Source of the DNA: a virus
Direction: 5' to 3' (one strand)
Length of the DNA stretch: 64,000 nucleotides
IMG/VR virus record: IMGVR_UViG_3300046170_000299
The notes beneath the pieces are model-generated. The model saw nothing but the letters and a program-made list of their open reading frames with translations, did no database searches and was not told the DNA's origin. The translations under genes were made by a program, and so were the position numbers. Each line of letters starts with the position of its first letter. Within the stretch, counting starts at the first letter, position 1. Below, piece by piece: positions 15,035 through 29,438 of the stretch.

Positions 15035-15424
15035 ATGCCCACCTTTCAGACATTTAAAGATCTGAGTATTACTTTTAAGAAGCATCCTGTGTCCAATGAC
15101 TTGGTAACAGTGAAAGATAATGCAGCTATTGCACAGTCGATAGCTGTATTGCTTCAAACAAGTAAGGGTGAGAGACTATTTCAACCTGAATTAGGTTCTG
15201 ATTTAAGAGAGATGCTGTTTGAACCATTAGATTTTGGTACAGCTGCACTTATTAAATCTAAGATTAATGACTGTATTGGTCGTTATGAACCTAGAGTGAC
15301 TATCAAAGACATTCTTTGTTTTCCAGATGAGCAAAATGATGGTTATAGTGTTGAATTGTATTACACTATTACAGGAAATGACAGACCAGTGACGGCGACA
15401 TTCTTCTTAGCTCGTACACGATAA
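15035..15424 (+). CDS. g25: baseplate wedge subunit gp25
   Basis: FKDLS..F..HP, GERLFQPELGSDL…LFEP, RYEPRV; late-type ATAAATA at 15006-15012. Confidence 0.92.
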   Translation: MPTFQTFKDLSITFKKHPVSNDLVTVKDNAAIAQSIAVLLQTSKGERLFQPELGSDLREMLFEPLDFGTAALIKSKINDCIGRYEPRVTIKDILCFPDEQNDGYSVELYYTITGNDRPVTATFFLARTR

Positions 15425-17220
15425 TGCCTTATACACAGGTTGCTAACTTAGACTTTGAGGAAATCAAAGTAACCCTGAAAGAATATTTGAAGGGTCAGAC
15501 AGAATTTACTGATTATGATTTTGAAGGTAGTGCATTAGCAAACCTGATTGATGTCTTAGCTTATAACACCTACTATACGGCGTTTAACACTAATATGGTA
15601 GTCAATGAACTATTCATTGATTCTGCCAGCTTGAGAGACAATGTAGTAGCGATTGCGAAGCAACTAGGGTACAGACCCAAGAGTGCTACCTCTCCTACTG
15701 CATATGTCTCTTTTAATGTAAATTATGGAACATCAACAACTGATACAGAACTAATTCTGAAGAGGGGAACAGGATTTATTTCAACTTATGACAACAACAT
15801 CTATCAGTATGTTACACTTGACGATGTAAAAGCACAAGTTGCTAACAATGTAGCTACGTTTACTGATATTCCTATTAGAGAAGGATCGCAAGTAGTTGAT
15901 AGTTTTATTTTTAGCACTACAGCAAATTCCCAAAGATTTGTTCTTGACAACAAAAACATTGATACCAACACAATTAGAGTAAGGGTATTCCCGAGTGGAG
16001 GAAGTTTTAACGAACCATACCTTGTAGCAGATAATATTCTAGGTGTTGACGGTACTTCAAAAGTATTCTTCCTTGATGAGATTGAAGATGGAAGATATGA
16101 AATTTTAATGGGTGATGGTGTACTGGGTAGAAAACCAGAAGATCAATCTAGAATTGACGTATCTTACATCACCACATCTGCTTCTGAAAGTAATGGCGTA
16201 AGTACATTTGTTTTTACTGGCGTACTAGAGAACCCTAATGGTGTGTCTCCCAATGCGTTTTCTACTAACATTACCTCTAGCATTGCCTCTGCAGGCGGTG
16301 AAGAGATGGAAACCACTCAGAAGATCAAATATACCGCTCCTAAGTCATACGGCACACAAGACCGTGCAGTGACCTCTCAGGACTATGAGGCAATTGTACG
16401 TAAAGTATATCCTGCTACGAGTGATATCATTATTTTTGGTGGAGAAGATCAAGTTCCACCTGAGTACGGTAAAGTTTTCATTGCATTGAAACCAAATGAT
16501 GCTAGTTACCTTACTTCTTTAACAAAACAGAAAATTATTGCAGATTTGAAGCAGTATGTTGTAGCTTCTGTTGAACCTAAAATAATTGATCCTTCTATTC
16601 TATTTGTTGAGATGAATAGTAAGATCTATTACAATGGATCTGCTACTGATCAAACAACATCACAGATTAGAGATAAAGTTATTGGTAATGTACAGTCTTA
16701 TCTTGATACCAGTGATACTGAAAAGTTCAATGGTAAATTTAGATACAGTAAGATGGTAGGTGTTATTGATGATTCTGATAATACTATCAATTCCAATTTA
16801 ACAGATATTACAATGAGAAAGGATTTTTATCCTTCTCTTAATTCCACCTTCTATTACGAAGTGTGTTTTCAAAATTCTTTTGATAAGGACTGTGATGAAC
16901 CAGTCCTGTCATCCACTGGGTTTAGGGTTACTGAGTATCCTACTATGGATGTATATGTAGAGGACAGGGATAGCAAAATTATCCTATATACTCTAGATAG
17001 CGTAACTGGTGAAAAGGTTGTCCTTGACAAGGAAGTTGGCGATATTGATTATGTAAGTGGTGAACTTAAAATGTACAACTTAACTATCATTAAAGGTAGT
17101 TTCTTTGATAATCGTATTTCTGTTAGAGTCAAACCCCTTTCTAATGATATCAAGGCACTTCGCGAAGTGTATCTTGACGTTGACGTTGCAAATTCCTCGT
17201 TCACTGCATACAAAGAGTAA
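15424..17220 (+). CDS. g6: baseplate wedge protein gp6
   Basis: LDFEEIK…FTDYDFEGS.L..LIDVLAYNTYY; RAVT..DY motif. Confidence 0.95.
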   Translation: MPYTQVANLDFEEIKVTLKEYLKGQTEFTDYDFEGSALANLIDVLAYNTYYTAFNTNMVVNELFIDSASLRDNVVAIAKQLGYRPKSATSPTAYVSFNVNYGTSTTDTELILKRGTGFISTYDNNIYQYVTLDDVKAQVANNVATFTDIPIREGSQVVDSFIFSTTANSQRFVLDNKNIDTNTIRVRVFPSGGSFNEPYLVADNILGVDGTSKVFFLDEIEDGRYEILMGDGVLGRKPEDQSRIDVSYITTSASESNGVSTFVFTGVLENPNGVSPNAFSTNITSSIASAGGEEMETTQKIKYTAPKSYGTQDRAVTSQDYEAIVRKVYPATSDIIIFGGEDQVPPEYGKVFIALKPNDASYLTSLTKQKIIADLKQYVVASVEPKIIDPSILFVEMNSKIYYNGSATDQTTSQIRDKVIGNVQSYLDTSDTEKFNGKFRYSKMVGVIDDSDNTINSNLTDITMRKDFYPSLNSTFYYEVCFQNSFDKDCDEPVLSSTGFRVTEYPTMDVYVEDRDSKIILYTLDSVTGEKVVLDKEVGDIDYVSGELKMYNLTIIKGSFFDNRISVRVKPLSNDIKALREVYLDVDVANSSFTAYKE

Positions 17221-17225
17221 AGTAA

Positions 17226-20200
17226 ATGCCTGCTGTAAAGACTAAGAGAATTTCTACTCTCATTGAGACGCAGCTTCCTTCTTTTATTACAGATGAATAT
17301 GAACTTTTTAGTAAGTTCGTTCAGAAGTATTATGAAGAGCAGGAGGTGCAAGGTGGCACACTGGATATAATTAATAATATCCAAAAATATGCAGACATTG
17401 ATTACTATGAACAAAATATTCTTAGACAGTTTAATATCTTGGACACTACTATTTCTAGTAGTGCTGATACAATTGTATTGGAAAATGCAACGAGTTTTCC
17501 AAAAAGAAACGGATTCGTAAAAATTGATGACGAGATCATCTTCTATGGTTCTAGAACAGACACTGAGTTAAGAGAGTGTTCTAGAGGCGTAAGTGGCAAT
17601 ACATCGCTTGGTGACTTATACGAGTCTAGTAGCTTCACCACTACGATTGCTGCATCTCATAATGCTGGACAAAAGGTTCATAACATTAGTAACCTTTTCT
17701 TATATGCATTAGTCAAAAACTTCGAGAGTCAGTATCTAGGTTCTTTCCCTCAAAAGTATCTTAAGGGTGAAGTAGATAAGAGAACTCTGATTAAAAATAT
17801 TCAGAAGTTTTACAAAGCTAAAGGAACTACAAGTTCCATCAAGTTTATTTTCAATACTGTTATTGCTAAAACAGTAGATAACAAACCAGAAGTATATAAA
17901 CCAAGAGATTTTACATACAAATCGTCCGAAGCAGATTGGATCAACGTTTATGCACTTAAGTGTAAGGTTGTATCTGGAGACGTAAAGAATCTGATCGGTA
18001 AAAAGATTGTACAGACTCCTACTGAAGAATATGGTTATGCTGATTCAACAGTAGATAATGTATATGCTGATGGTACATCAGATGATGAAGTAATTTATAA
18101 TATTGTATTAGCACCTGAGACAGTCAATGGTGCATTTGAAGTATCTACTAAAACTAAGCTTGAAAAAACCCTGTCAGGGACTGCGAGTTCAGGGGAATAG
18201 AATTGATGTATTCTCTACTATCGGTTGGGGTAAGACAGGATCAGTATTAATTGGTGATGAGACGATTACTTTTGATAATAAGAACGTAACACAGTTTATT
18301 ATTGATGAAAGGACGGCACAGACTGCTGTTCAACATGAAGTAGGATCTTCAGTGTACAAACCAGTAACCATTAGTGGTTCTGGCGTTGTTTTACTGACCT
18401 TAGGTGTTGTATACAACTTACAACCATCTGATGCACAACCATATTCTGCTATTGGGGACAAGATTCAAATCTCAAATCCAGGATTTGAAACTTCCGACTC
18501 TAAGATTGTTCAGACTGGTACTAATCAAACTAGATGGGTATTAAGTTCAGGTGCTGCAGTCGATGTGCCTACGCTTCCATCAGTTGCATCTTCCTTAGAT
18601 CAAGTTTCTACTAACGTATCAGCGATCTTTGAAGACGAACAGTATTATTATATCACAAGTTCTAGTTATCCTTCACATAAAATCTTAGATGGGTCTACTG
18701 TTAATGAAACTACACTAGATCAGAAACTGCTTCGTATCATTAGAAAGCAAGCAACTAGAACTACAGAAACATACAAAACACCTAAAAGAGATATTGGTAT
18801 TGCTTTAAATGGTGTACCTTTCTATGGATATAAAGATCCAGAGAGTATTAGGTTTGGTAAACTAGAAGAAATTAAGATTGATACTAGAGGTACTGGATAC
18901 TCAACACCTCCATTTGTACTTATTGATCAAGTTGCAAATAAAGCTAGAGCAGTTCTTACTGGTCAGGTTGTAGAAAGAATCATTGTTGATACTAATGACA
19001 TTTTCCCAAGAACTCCTGATATCACTATTACATCTGGTCGCAATGCATCCGTAAGTGCTATTGTAACTGGTGGTAAAGTCACTAGTCTTGTTATTGACAA
19101 TCCAGGTGAATTCTACTCTTCTGCTCCTTTAATTAGAATTAGAGATGCAGCAGGTCGTGGTAGATTTGCAGAATATATTTCTATTGTTAATACAGATGGT
19201 GTAATTACAGGATTTGATAAAATTGCAGAAGGTAACTTCTATAATCAAGATACTGTTATTGTCGATGTCATTCCAGTTGGTAATGGTGCATCAGGTATTC
19301 CTCTTCTTAAAGAATGGAACTTTAATAGATTTACAAAATTAGAAAATGAATTAGATACTGAGTATGGTTATATCTTTGCAAACTATAATAACGTATTAGA
19401 ATATGGTTATGGATATAATGCCAATCCTAAAGCTTTACGTGTTTCTCTCAGCGACAACATCAATAGTGCAGGAACTGAACCCTCTACAAAAACTCACTCT
19501 CCTATTATTGGATTCGCTTACGATGGTAATCCAATCTATGGTCCATTTGGTCATCAGGATCCACTAGATGCTACATCATCAATTGTAAGGATGACTTCTA
19601 GTTATAGTATTAATGGAAATCGTTCTAATGGTCCATCATTAACAAATTATCCTCTAGGAACGTTTGTTAATGATTACACATACACTCATAAGAGTGGCAC
19701 ACTAGATCAAAACAATGGAAGATTTACAGTTACCCCCGACTTTCCGAAAGGAACTTATGCTTATTTCATTACTATTGATAGCAATCAAGTACCGCAATAT
19801 CCATACATTTTAGGAGAGAACTTCTATTCTCTACCAGTTGATAGTAATTACAATTCTAATATTAATCAAGATGATATTCCTAAGAATTCTAGAAGATTCT
19901 ATCAAGCAGGTATGCAGAGGAATGGCGAAGGTGTCATTGCTCAAATTGCAGAAGTAAAGCAAGGAAACGTAGAAGAAGTTAGAGTAGTAGATTCATCTAC
20001 CAACTTCAGTATTAACTCACAAATTTATTTTGATAATAAAGGAACAGAAGGTTCTGAAGTAGAAGCTATCGTAAACTCCGTGAAAGGTAAGAACGTTTCT
20101 TACTTAGAATGTAAAGAAGATAGAGTCGTAAAACTAACGACAATCCAAAGTGCATATCTATTTGCTGATGATACATTAAACCAACCCTCCTCAGGAGCAT

Positions 20201-23200
20201 CTGGTTCTATTGTAGGTACAGTTAAGAACGATAACATTATTGTACTAAGAAATGTCAATGGTACTTTTGATGAAACGGGAACATTCTCTGCAACTATCAA
20301 AACGTTTACTATTCTTTTAGACCAAAGAAGTTCATATACCAAAGGCGCTACTCTAAGTTTGACTGATGGTGTTAATACACCTATAGCTAAAGGTGAGGTG
20401 TTAGAAGGAACTAACAGTCAAAACGTAGTTGAAATTAAAGTTACCGAGGGAACTTGGATTGTCAATGACGATTACTTCTTACAATCAGATGACCTATTCA
20501 ATACTTCTGGAACTAAAGTTGTAAGACTTACTTCTCTTAGTGATGGACTTAATCCATTTGAAGTTAATCAAAGTGTTGCTTTAATTGAAACAACAGAACC
20601 TCATGGGTTAGGAATTGGAGATCAAGTAACGATTGATATCAATCCTAATGACGTAACCAAAACTAAGACCTATTATATAAGGAAGAGGTTGTATCAAGAA
20701 GCTATTCTTGTACCACCTAGCAATAAGTCTACAATTGACTTTACAGGTATTGGTCGTTATGAAATTCTCAATGGTGGAGCAGATTACACTGCTGGCACTT
20801 ACACTAGTGTTGCTCTTACTGGCGGATCTGGCACTGGTGCCACTGCTACATTCACTGTATCTGACGCTGGCATAGTTTCTGGTATTCAGATTCAAGATGC
20901 TGGTAGTGGATATGCACGAGGAGATTATCTTAGTGTTGCGGATGAAGATTTAGTAAGATCTGGTGCATCACAATCTACTGCAAGATTTACAATCTATGTT
21001 GGACACGTTGGTATTCCTGCTGGTGGTACAAAAATTACAGTTAGGAGTGTATTAGGATTTGCTGTTAACGATCTGGTTAAGATTGGTGAGGAAATTTTAA
21101 AGATTGTAGGTATTAGTGGAAATAATCTAAATGTAGATAGAGGACAAGAAGGAACTGATGATGTTGATCACTTTGATGGACAGGAAGTAGAATTATATAA
21201 AGCACAATATAATTTTGCTGATAACTATCAGATCTTTACTGGTAATAATTCTGGATATATTCAATCTTACGATCCTGTAACTCATAAAATTGATATTGTA
21301 TATGATTATGGAACTTTAAAGTCTACAGCTAATAAAGTAGTATTAAGTTCTAGTTTCTTTGACAGTAGCAATCCACAAAGACTGGTGTCAATTAAGTCTG
21401 CAGTAGATATTGTTTACAATTTTGAGTTCTCAGAAGATAATAGTACATTTGTACCTAATCCAAATATTGATTTACAAGAATTCTACAAATATAAGTTTGA
21501 CACGTCTCATTCTAGTCTTACTGGGACTTATTTTGATATCAGTCCAAGTAATAACTACAATTTGATTACCGAGGAAAAAATAGAATCTACTATTCTTCCT
21601 GGCAATGCTGGTGCATTTACTGATGTTAAATTTGGATTTGGTTCTAGACTAACTGATAATAACTATCAAACAAAGACAGGAACTGATTTTACTAACTTCT
21701 ATTATTTTGACAAAAAGAATGTAGTTGATTCAGAAAATGCATTCTTCAAGATTATCACAGATCCTTTACAGGGAACTAAAAGTCTTAATTATGTTACACC
21801 AAATCGTTTTGTTTATGATGTTCCTAGATCTCCTCTTTGGGATGGTTCTGGATCCATTTCTTATACTACTACTGGTCAGTTTGCTATCGGTAAGATTAAT
21901 ACCTCGCAGATTGTAAACTTAGGACTTAACTATAAGAAAGTTCCTGTTATTATTGGTGTAGACCCAACTGCAAGTTATAGAGCAGAAGCTACAGTTAAAT
22001 TTGATGTTGCAACAAAAACTATCACTGGTGTAGAGATTACTGAGAAAGGTTCTAATTATGTAAACCCAAAAGTCTTTATTATTAATGGTGATGGTTCTGA
22101 TGCCAAGTTTAACGTTATTTCTAGAAATGGTGAAATTGCATCTATTACAGTAGACAAAACTGGTAAAGGATATACATTTGCACCTGAAATCATTATTATT
22201 GAGGGTGATGTAGAAGCTTATGCAGAGAGCACATCTATTGGTGTTCCTAAGAGTGTTAATATCACTAGAAATGGTGGAGCATTCCATCTAGACAAAACTG
22301 TATCTTCTACTTTCAGTTCAAATTACATTGTTGCTCTTAAAAACATCAATGGCAACTTTAGTATTGGTGAAACTGTAATTCAAAAAATTAATAATGTAGA
22401 AGTATTCAGAGCAACTGTTACTGAATGGAGATTCGGTTCTAACTTACTTAAACTTGAAAATGTACAAGGCATTATTCGTGAGAATATTTCTATTGAGTCT
22501 TTAAGATTCCCGATTGATGCAATTGTTAGTAAAGTATTTGTTTCTACCTTCCAAGAAAATATTTCTAGTTTCTATGATAACTTAGGATATTATACATCAG
22601 ACAGAGGTAAGTTAGGTGTATCTAATCAGAAGATTCATGATAGTTCTTTCTATCAAGATTATTCTTATGTTGTTAAATCTAAGACATCTATTGAAGAATG
22701 GCGTGATCTTATTAAATCCACTACACACCCTGCAGGATTTAAGTTATTTGGACAAGTAGATGTAGAAGCTACTGCAAGTTCTGAGATGCCAGTTGAGATG
22801 CCAAAGGCATCACACTTTAGTGTTATTCAATTATGGGATCCAGCAAAGAATAAAATTACTGTTGAGAACACAAGTAGAATTGTTACTCAAACTGTACAAA
22901 CAGTTGAGAATCAAAGAATTCGTAAAGCAGTTGGTACTGCTGCTCCAAGTGAATTTTTATTCAATGAAGTTCGTACATTTGAATTATCTCTTGCATCAGC
23001 ATTTGATGGATACTATGATACAGATGGAAGACTACAAGGAACTACACAGTTCCAAATTTTAGTTGATGGCACACCATTTACTTTGTCATCAACATATGGC
23101 ACTGTTATTACTTTAGACGGTGTAATTCAAGAACCAGGCGTTGCATATACAATCTCTGGTGATCAGATTACATTCTCTGCTCCACCTTTAGGAGATGGAG

Positions 23201-26200
23201 TTAAATTTGGTTCTGATTATAAAGGTGTTACTTTCTATGGTAAAGTATTCCAATTCAAAGATGCACAATACAATACAAAGTACCTTAAAAAATTAAGAAA
23301 CATTTTCCAACGTGGTGGTACATGGATTGATGCTGCAAATCAAATTGAGAGAAATGTTGACTTTATTATTAATGAAACTATTGGGTATGGTAAATCAACT
23401 TATGGATCTTTAGATTGGGCGACTAAGCAAGATGATTATGAAAGAAACCTAAGAGCTATCTTAGATGCATATCAGCATGATTTAAGATTTGGTGGAAATA
23501 TAAAAACAATTGATTATTCTGCTATCTTTAATTCTGATGATGAATACCTTTATATTCAAAACAATAAAACAAAATCTATTGCTATTTTTGAATATGCAAC
23601 TAGATTAGCAAAACTTGCTATCAGAAACTGGGATTGGATTGATGTAAACATCAATTATGTTCAAGGGTCTACTACAATGACAGTTAGTAGCACTAAAAAT
23701 CTTGCTATCGGTTTATTCGTAAGTTCTGGTAGAGCATTCCCTACAGGAACAAAGATTCTATCTATTGATAGTGATACTCAAATTACATTAAACAATGCAG
23801 CACTAGCTAACTCTGGTGGAGGAGGTGGTGCTCCTAGTGGAACCACTTTACTAAGTGGCACAGCAAGCAATGGATCTATTGCTACAAATACTGGTGCAGT
23901 TGCTCCTGGCAATACTTTCACTGTACCACCTGGTGCAACTGTCACAGTACCTCTTTCTTTCTCAGGTACAACACAAGCAGCATTCTCTTGGAGTGGTCAA
24001 AGCATTGGTATGTTCTATAAAGCAGGACAACTTATTGCACTGAACAGAGCATACATTATATCAGAATCACTAACTTGGGCACAAGCACAATATCCTGCAT
24101 TGAACTGGGGATCTATTGCTACTAAGTGTGGCAGAGACATCGGTCTTATCCTAGATGCATATGTCTACCATCTTAAATTTGGTGGAAATGAAAAAATTGT
24201 TGAAGCAGCGCAGCTTTACTATCAGCAAAATGATTATCCATATGGTGAAGAGTTATATTACATCTCTGGTCAATTAACTGAAACTATATCTACATTTGAA
24301 TATGTTAGAGATCTAGCAATTCAAGCAATGAGAAATCAATTGCCTGGTACAGATCCTAATGTATTGATTGATTCTATCTCTCCTGTATGTGCAGAAGTAG
24401 AAAGTACATTGAATACCTATCATGATATTATTGATACTATTTTAACAGAAGGTAGAGGACTTGTAGAGAAAACAAAACAAAATTCTAATAAGTCTGGTAA
24501 CTGGACAAGAGACTTAAGTTATTCCAACTACAATATCCTTGGTGATCCTTTACTTCCTGCAGAAGAATGCACAGTTGTAATTTCTGCAATGGATTCATTG
24601 TTTGATAACTTAGATGATGTTATTAGAGAAGAATCTGTAACAAGATCACTTCCAGATTATATTGATGGTGAAAACAAAGAATTTGAATTGTATTGGGATG
24701 ATAATACTCCTGTAAACACAGAAGAAGATGAAGATCTATTTGTTACTATTAATGCTGTATTACAGAGACCCAAGTTTACTGATAATTATCCGTTACAAGA
24801 TTCTTATTTAATTGATCGAACTGTAATTCCCTAACAAAGTTAAATTTGACGTAGCTCCTATTTGGGATCAAGATTTGGGTGCAAAATCCATTGGTGAACC
24901 AACAGCTGTTGAAAAAGTAGTTGGTATTGGAGTTGGTAATTATAAGAGACTCACTATCGACTTTAATCTGGTAGACGGTATTAGAAATGGTCCCTTCTTA
25001 ATTTTAGATGTAGAAGATTATACCGTACAGAGTATTGAATCTGAAGACAGCATGTATGTTTTCCTAGATGGTATTCTACAAGTAAAAGGAAAAGCATATA
25101 CTGTATCTGGTCCTAATATTACATTTGCTAGTCCTATTAAAAAAGAACATAATGTTGATATTAGATATCTTTATGGTAGAGATGTTGGACAGGTTCTTAA
25201 CATATATGATTTTGCTCCTGATACATATTTTGCACAAGGAACACTATCCTTTCACATCTTCCACACCTATTCTAGATACCTTACTAGCATATGGTTGGAT
25301 GGGTGATGCAATTGGAACACCTATTCATTGTTGGCAACAAAGAGCTAATGGAACATATAATGTTATTGGTGAACTTAAGAATCCAATCAAAACAGGCAAC
25401 AATGTTACATTTGAAATTAAGTGTCAAAACCCTGTCATAGAAAGCGGTTTAGACTTTACCTTTACTGTTAAGGGATATTATGATCGAACATATGTCATTG
25501 CTGATGGAGATATTAGTAATCAAACACTAACCTTCAAGAAAGACGAAGCAAATAGAAAACTACTCAAAGATGATAACGGACAGTGGTCTGGAACATTCTA
25601 TGGCAAAACATATAAAGCACCATTTGTATATCTTGCTAACAATGATAAGATCAGAGTAGAAGGTGAAGAAGGATTTAGAAATATCAAGAGACTTCCTACA
25701 GAAGCTACCAGTAAAGACGGTAGAGGTGGAGAAGCAACTACTGATGATATTTTTGGTACAGTCTCAATTGAGACTTATACTGGAATTACGAGAGGTGAAG
25801 GTCTATCTGTAGTAGCAACTATTGAAAATGGATCTGTAATATCTTTAACATGGAATCAACGCAGTTATGATCCTCTCACACAACCAACTGCATATCAATA
25901 TTATACACCACCAGTTCTCAAGTTTGAGTCACTGGATGGTAATGGTGGTGGTGCAAGAGCTAACGTTCTTGTAAGTAAAGGTCAGGTAATCAGTGTTGAT
26001 CTACTCGATGGTGGTTCTGGATATACCACTACACCTAAGGTTATTACAACCAGAAGGTTTGATATTCTCAAAGAAAGAGACATTGGTGTTTCACTAATCA
26101 ATATTGGTATTAATCCATATGTTGAAAGTGGTGGATTGACTGCTACATCTGTTATCAGTGAAATTGATGAGTCTGGTCTTTCTTCTATTACTGGTATTAG

Positions 26201-27504
26201 TTCTGTACAAGTAGAAGTTGCAGGTGATGCAGAGATTGTTATTGAAAGAGAATTTGATCTTAAAGAAGTTGAAGTATTCTCTGTTGGTGGTCCTCTAGAT
26301 CCAAAACGAGATTATCTTGAATTCTTCTCAACAGAAGAAACAACAGCTGATGAGGTTAAAGTCTTAGATGTATATGCTGGTGGAACAGTAGTATCGGCAG
26401 AACTGCAGGATATTATAACTACAAATTCTATCTCAACTGTTTCTAAAGCAATTACTACTACGGTTCAAGTAGAAATTCCTAATAATGCAATCAGTAATAC
26501 CAATTACTTTGAGAATGCTGCATACTTGGATCTTGATCTACAGATTGGTGATAATATTGTATACATTCCTGATACAACTAAGTTTGCTCCTAATGGCAAA
26601 CTAATGATTGGTAATGAGATTGTATTCTACAATAGAAAAATTACTGATAGATTCTTACAAGTCATTAGAGGTTATGATAACACCACAGAACAATTCTGGG
26701 CTGCTGGTGCATACCTAAGACAGATTGAAGATGTAGCAGTTGTATCTGCTGCTGTTGCTTCTATCCAATCTGAATCTGATGTTAGTATGGTGAGTGCATC
26801 ATCTACTGCAGGTGGATTTGAAAGGAGAGTACAGAGACAGATTTCTCCTGCCTCTGCAATGTCAGTAACAAAGAGAAGCTACTGAGGTTGTTATTACTCC
26901 TCCACCAGGTGGTGTAGTTGACAAATATCAAGAAACTGCATTCTTGACTAATCCAATTGCACAAAGAGTTGGTTCTGGTGTATTCCTTGTTTCCGCAGCA
27001 GGCAAATATTATGTCACTCAAAGAAATGGAAATGAGCAACTAGTTAGAAACGCAGTCTTTACTACTGATAGTGGGTATATTGGAAACTATGCTATCACTA
27101 ACGTTGGATATACTATCGGTCACTTTGATGGTATTTTTGATGATGGCATGGGAGTATCTGGTATGACTATTGAAGAAGTATCAAGGTTCTTTGGTGGTTT
27201 AACTCTTGATGATTTTACTAAGAGAAGAAAATCTCAGTATACATCTGCTGGTGATAAATTTAATCTTGCACCTCCTTCAATCCAACAACCAGTTACAACA
27301 ACTACCACTGTTGGTACGATACCTACCAGCATTGCTGCGCTAAATACTGCATACTTTGATAATGCTGGTTACCTATTCACTTCGAGTGGTTCAGTAATTC
27401 AATATGCTTCTAAGACTGCTAATACCTTTGATGGATGCACTCTTATAAGAGGTAGTAACTCAATATCAAACGGGGATGAGTTGATTCCGTTCGCAATTAC
27501 ATAA
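17226..27504 (+). CDS. g7: baseplate wedge initiator gp7 (about 3,400 aa), split by four +1 insertions
   Basis: gp7-type N-terminus (IETQLPSFI…FVQKYYE…FYKAKGT); ORFs 17226, 18127, 24875, 25125, 26944 join into one frame if single bases at about 18197, 24831, 25252 and 26872 are removed; position between g6 and g8. Confidence 0.8.
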
Positions 27505-27525
27505 ATATTGCTATAAATATAAATA
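27501..27525 (+). promoter_or_regulatory. stacked T4-type late promoters
   Basis: ATAAATA 27501-27507 and TATAAATA at 27512 and 27518. Confidence 0.8.
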
Positions 27526-27561
27526 ACTCAGGCACAAACACTACGTCGGAACAGAAAAACA

Positions 27562-29377
27562 ATGGCTGCTATTATCTCTGATAAGTTTAGGATTTTCAAT
27601 GCTAAGCAATTTTTAGAATCGTTAACCGAAGGTCCTAACGATACCAGTGCGGAACGCTCTAGAATGTACTTCTTTGTGGGACGCCCACAACCATGGAAAG
27701 CATACGTCGAGGTTCACACACAAAATTCAACCGCGTTTGTAGTTGGTAACGAAGTGTATGTTGGAACGTATGGTTCCACCGCTTTCCGCGCCACAGTTGC
27801 TGCAGTTTATGATAGTGCCCTACTTCTTACCGACGTTTTTGGAAGTGCTGGCGTTAACTCTGCTCCTGCTCTTGGTTCTACTTTAAAAGGTAGAAGTGGT
27901 GGTTCTGGCGGATCCGACACAGGTGCCACTGCAGTTTCTGGTGTATATCGTTACGCTACTGAAGATGTTCCACCCCTTCCTCTAGACAACCAAACAGAAA
28001 AGTATTCATTGTATGATGAAATGATCGCTGCAAAGCGTATCACAGATTCATTTGCACGTACTGTTATCCGTCGTTACAACTGGGACTTGGTAGCTAACCC
28101 CAAGTTCGACATGTTTAAACCCGATTACTCTGCTACTCCTGGTGGCGGTGGTCAAATCGGTAAGCAAGCTGCAACAGGTGCTGCAAGCATCGCAGATGCT
28201 AAGTTCTACGTAATGAACTCAACTTACGAAGTATTCAAGTGTCTTTACAATGGTGAAGACCCTTCTAACACAACTGGACAGAACGCAACTGAAGAACCAT
28301 CTACTGCAGGTGGTAACTATGCTTCTGCTACTGGTCTCTATACTGAGACAACTGGCGCTGGTTACATTTGGAAGTATATGTACACCATTCCTACTGATGA
28401 TGTTCTGAAGTTCCTTTCTTCTGACTTCATGCCAATCGTTCTTTCTAGCAATGCGTCTAGACAAGCAGTTGTAGCTCTTGCTACTGCTGGTGCTACTGAT
28501 GTTGCTTTGATTGAGAACACTGGTTCTGGTCTTCCTGCATCACAGACTCTATACACAAGTATTAAAGGTGATGGATCTGGTGGTATTGTTAAGTTTGTAA
28601 CAAATGGTGCTGGTGGAATTACATCTGCTGAGATTCAAGCTCGTGGATCGGGTTACACTTACGCTAACGTTCTATTCACTAACGGCAACCTCTTCTCTGA
28701 TGCTGGTTTAACTAGTGCAGTTGCTACTGGTGCTTCTGCTGTTGGTGCTATCGAAGTAGTTCTTGCTCCTGCAGGTGGACATGGTTCTGATCATGAGACA
28801 GAACTCAATGGTAAGCGTGTTATGACAAACATCCGCCTTACTTACTCTGAAGGTCAAGGTGACTTCCCTGTAGATAACGACTTCCGTCGTATTGGTATTG
28901 TTGCTGATCCATATAACTATGGCACTACAACTTTTGCAACCTCTGATACTCTTTCTGGTCTAAAATCCTATTAAGATTACTGGTGCTTCTGCAGACTATG
29001 CTGTTGACGAAAAAATTACTCAGACTGTAACTGGTGGTACAGCATATGGTACAGTTGTATCATGGACACTTGATAGTGGTTCTACAACTGCTGGTGTTCT
29101 GAAGTACATCCAAACTACTGATGCACATACTGATCAGGGTATTGTAAGAGCGTTTGAATCTAATGGTTCTAATGCTGTTACTGGAGAAAGTTCTACTGCT
29201 TCTGGTAATGTAGATACTTCTTATGCTTCTACACTACTAGGTGTCACATTTGCAAGTGGTTTAGCTAATCCAGAGATTGAAAATAACTCTGGTAATGTGA
29301 TTTATGTTGAGAACAGAAGACTAATCACTCGTGCTCCTGACCAGATTGAAGACATCAAATTAGTAATTGAGTTCTGA
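27562..29377 (+). CDS. g8: baseplate wedge subunit gp8 (one +1 insertion at about 28968)
   Basis: MAAIISDKFRIFNAKQFLES, GYIWKYMYTI; corrected frame ends …APDQIEDIKLVIEF* at 29377. Confidence 0.9.
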
Positions 29378-29395
29378 TACTCTTTGATTACTTCG

Positions 29396-29402
29396 CTAAA
29401 TA
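29396..29402 (+). promoter_or_regulatory. late promoter
   Basis: CTAAATA upstream of ATG 29439. Confidence 0.6.
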
Positions 29403-29438
29403 CTTCAACGAGAATACTAGTATTATTGGCGGAGTACG

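Noticed and set aside
18127-27504. Separate genes or programmed frameshifting for the g7 fragments
   Set aside because: The fragments join into one protein by deleting single duplicated bases, with no slippery sites; treated as sequencing error.
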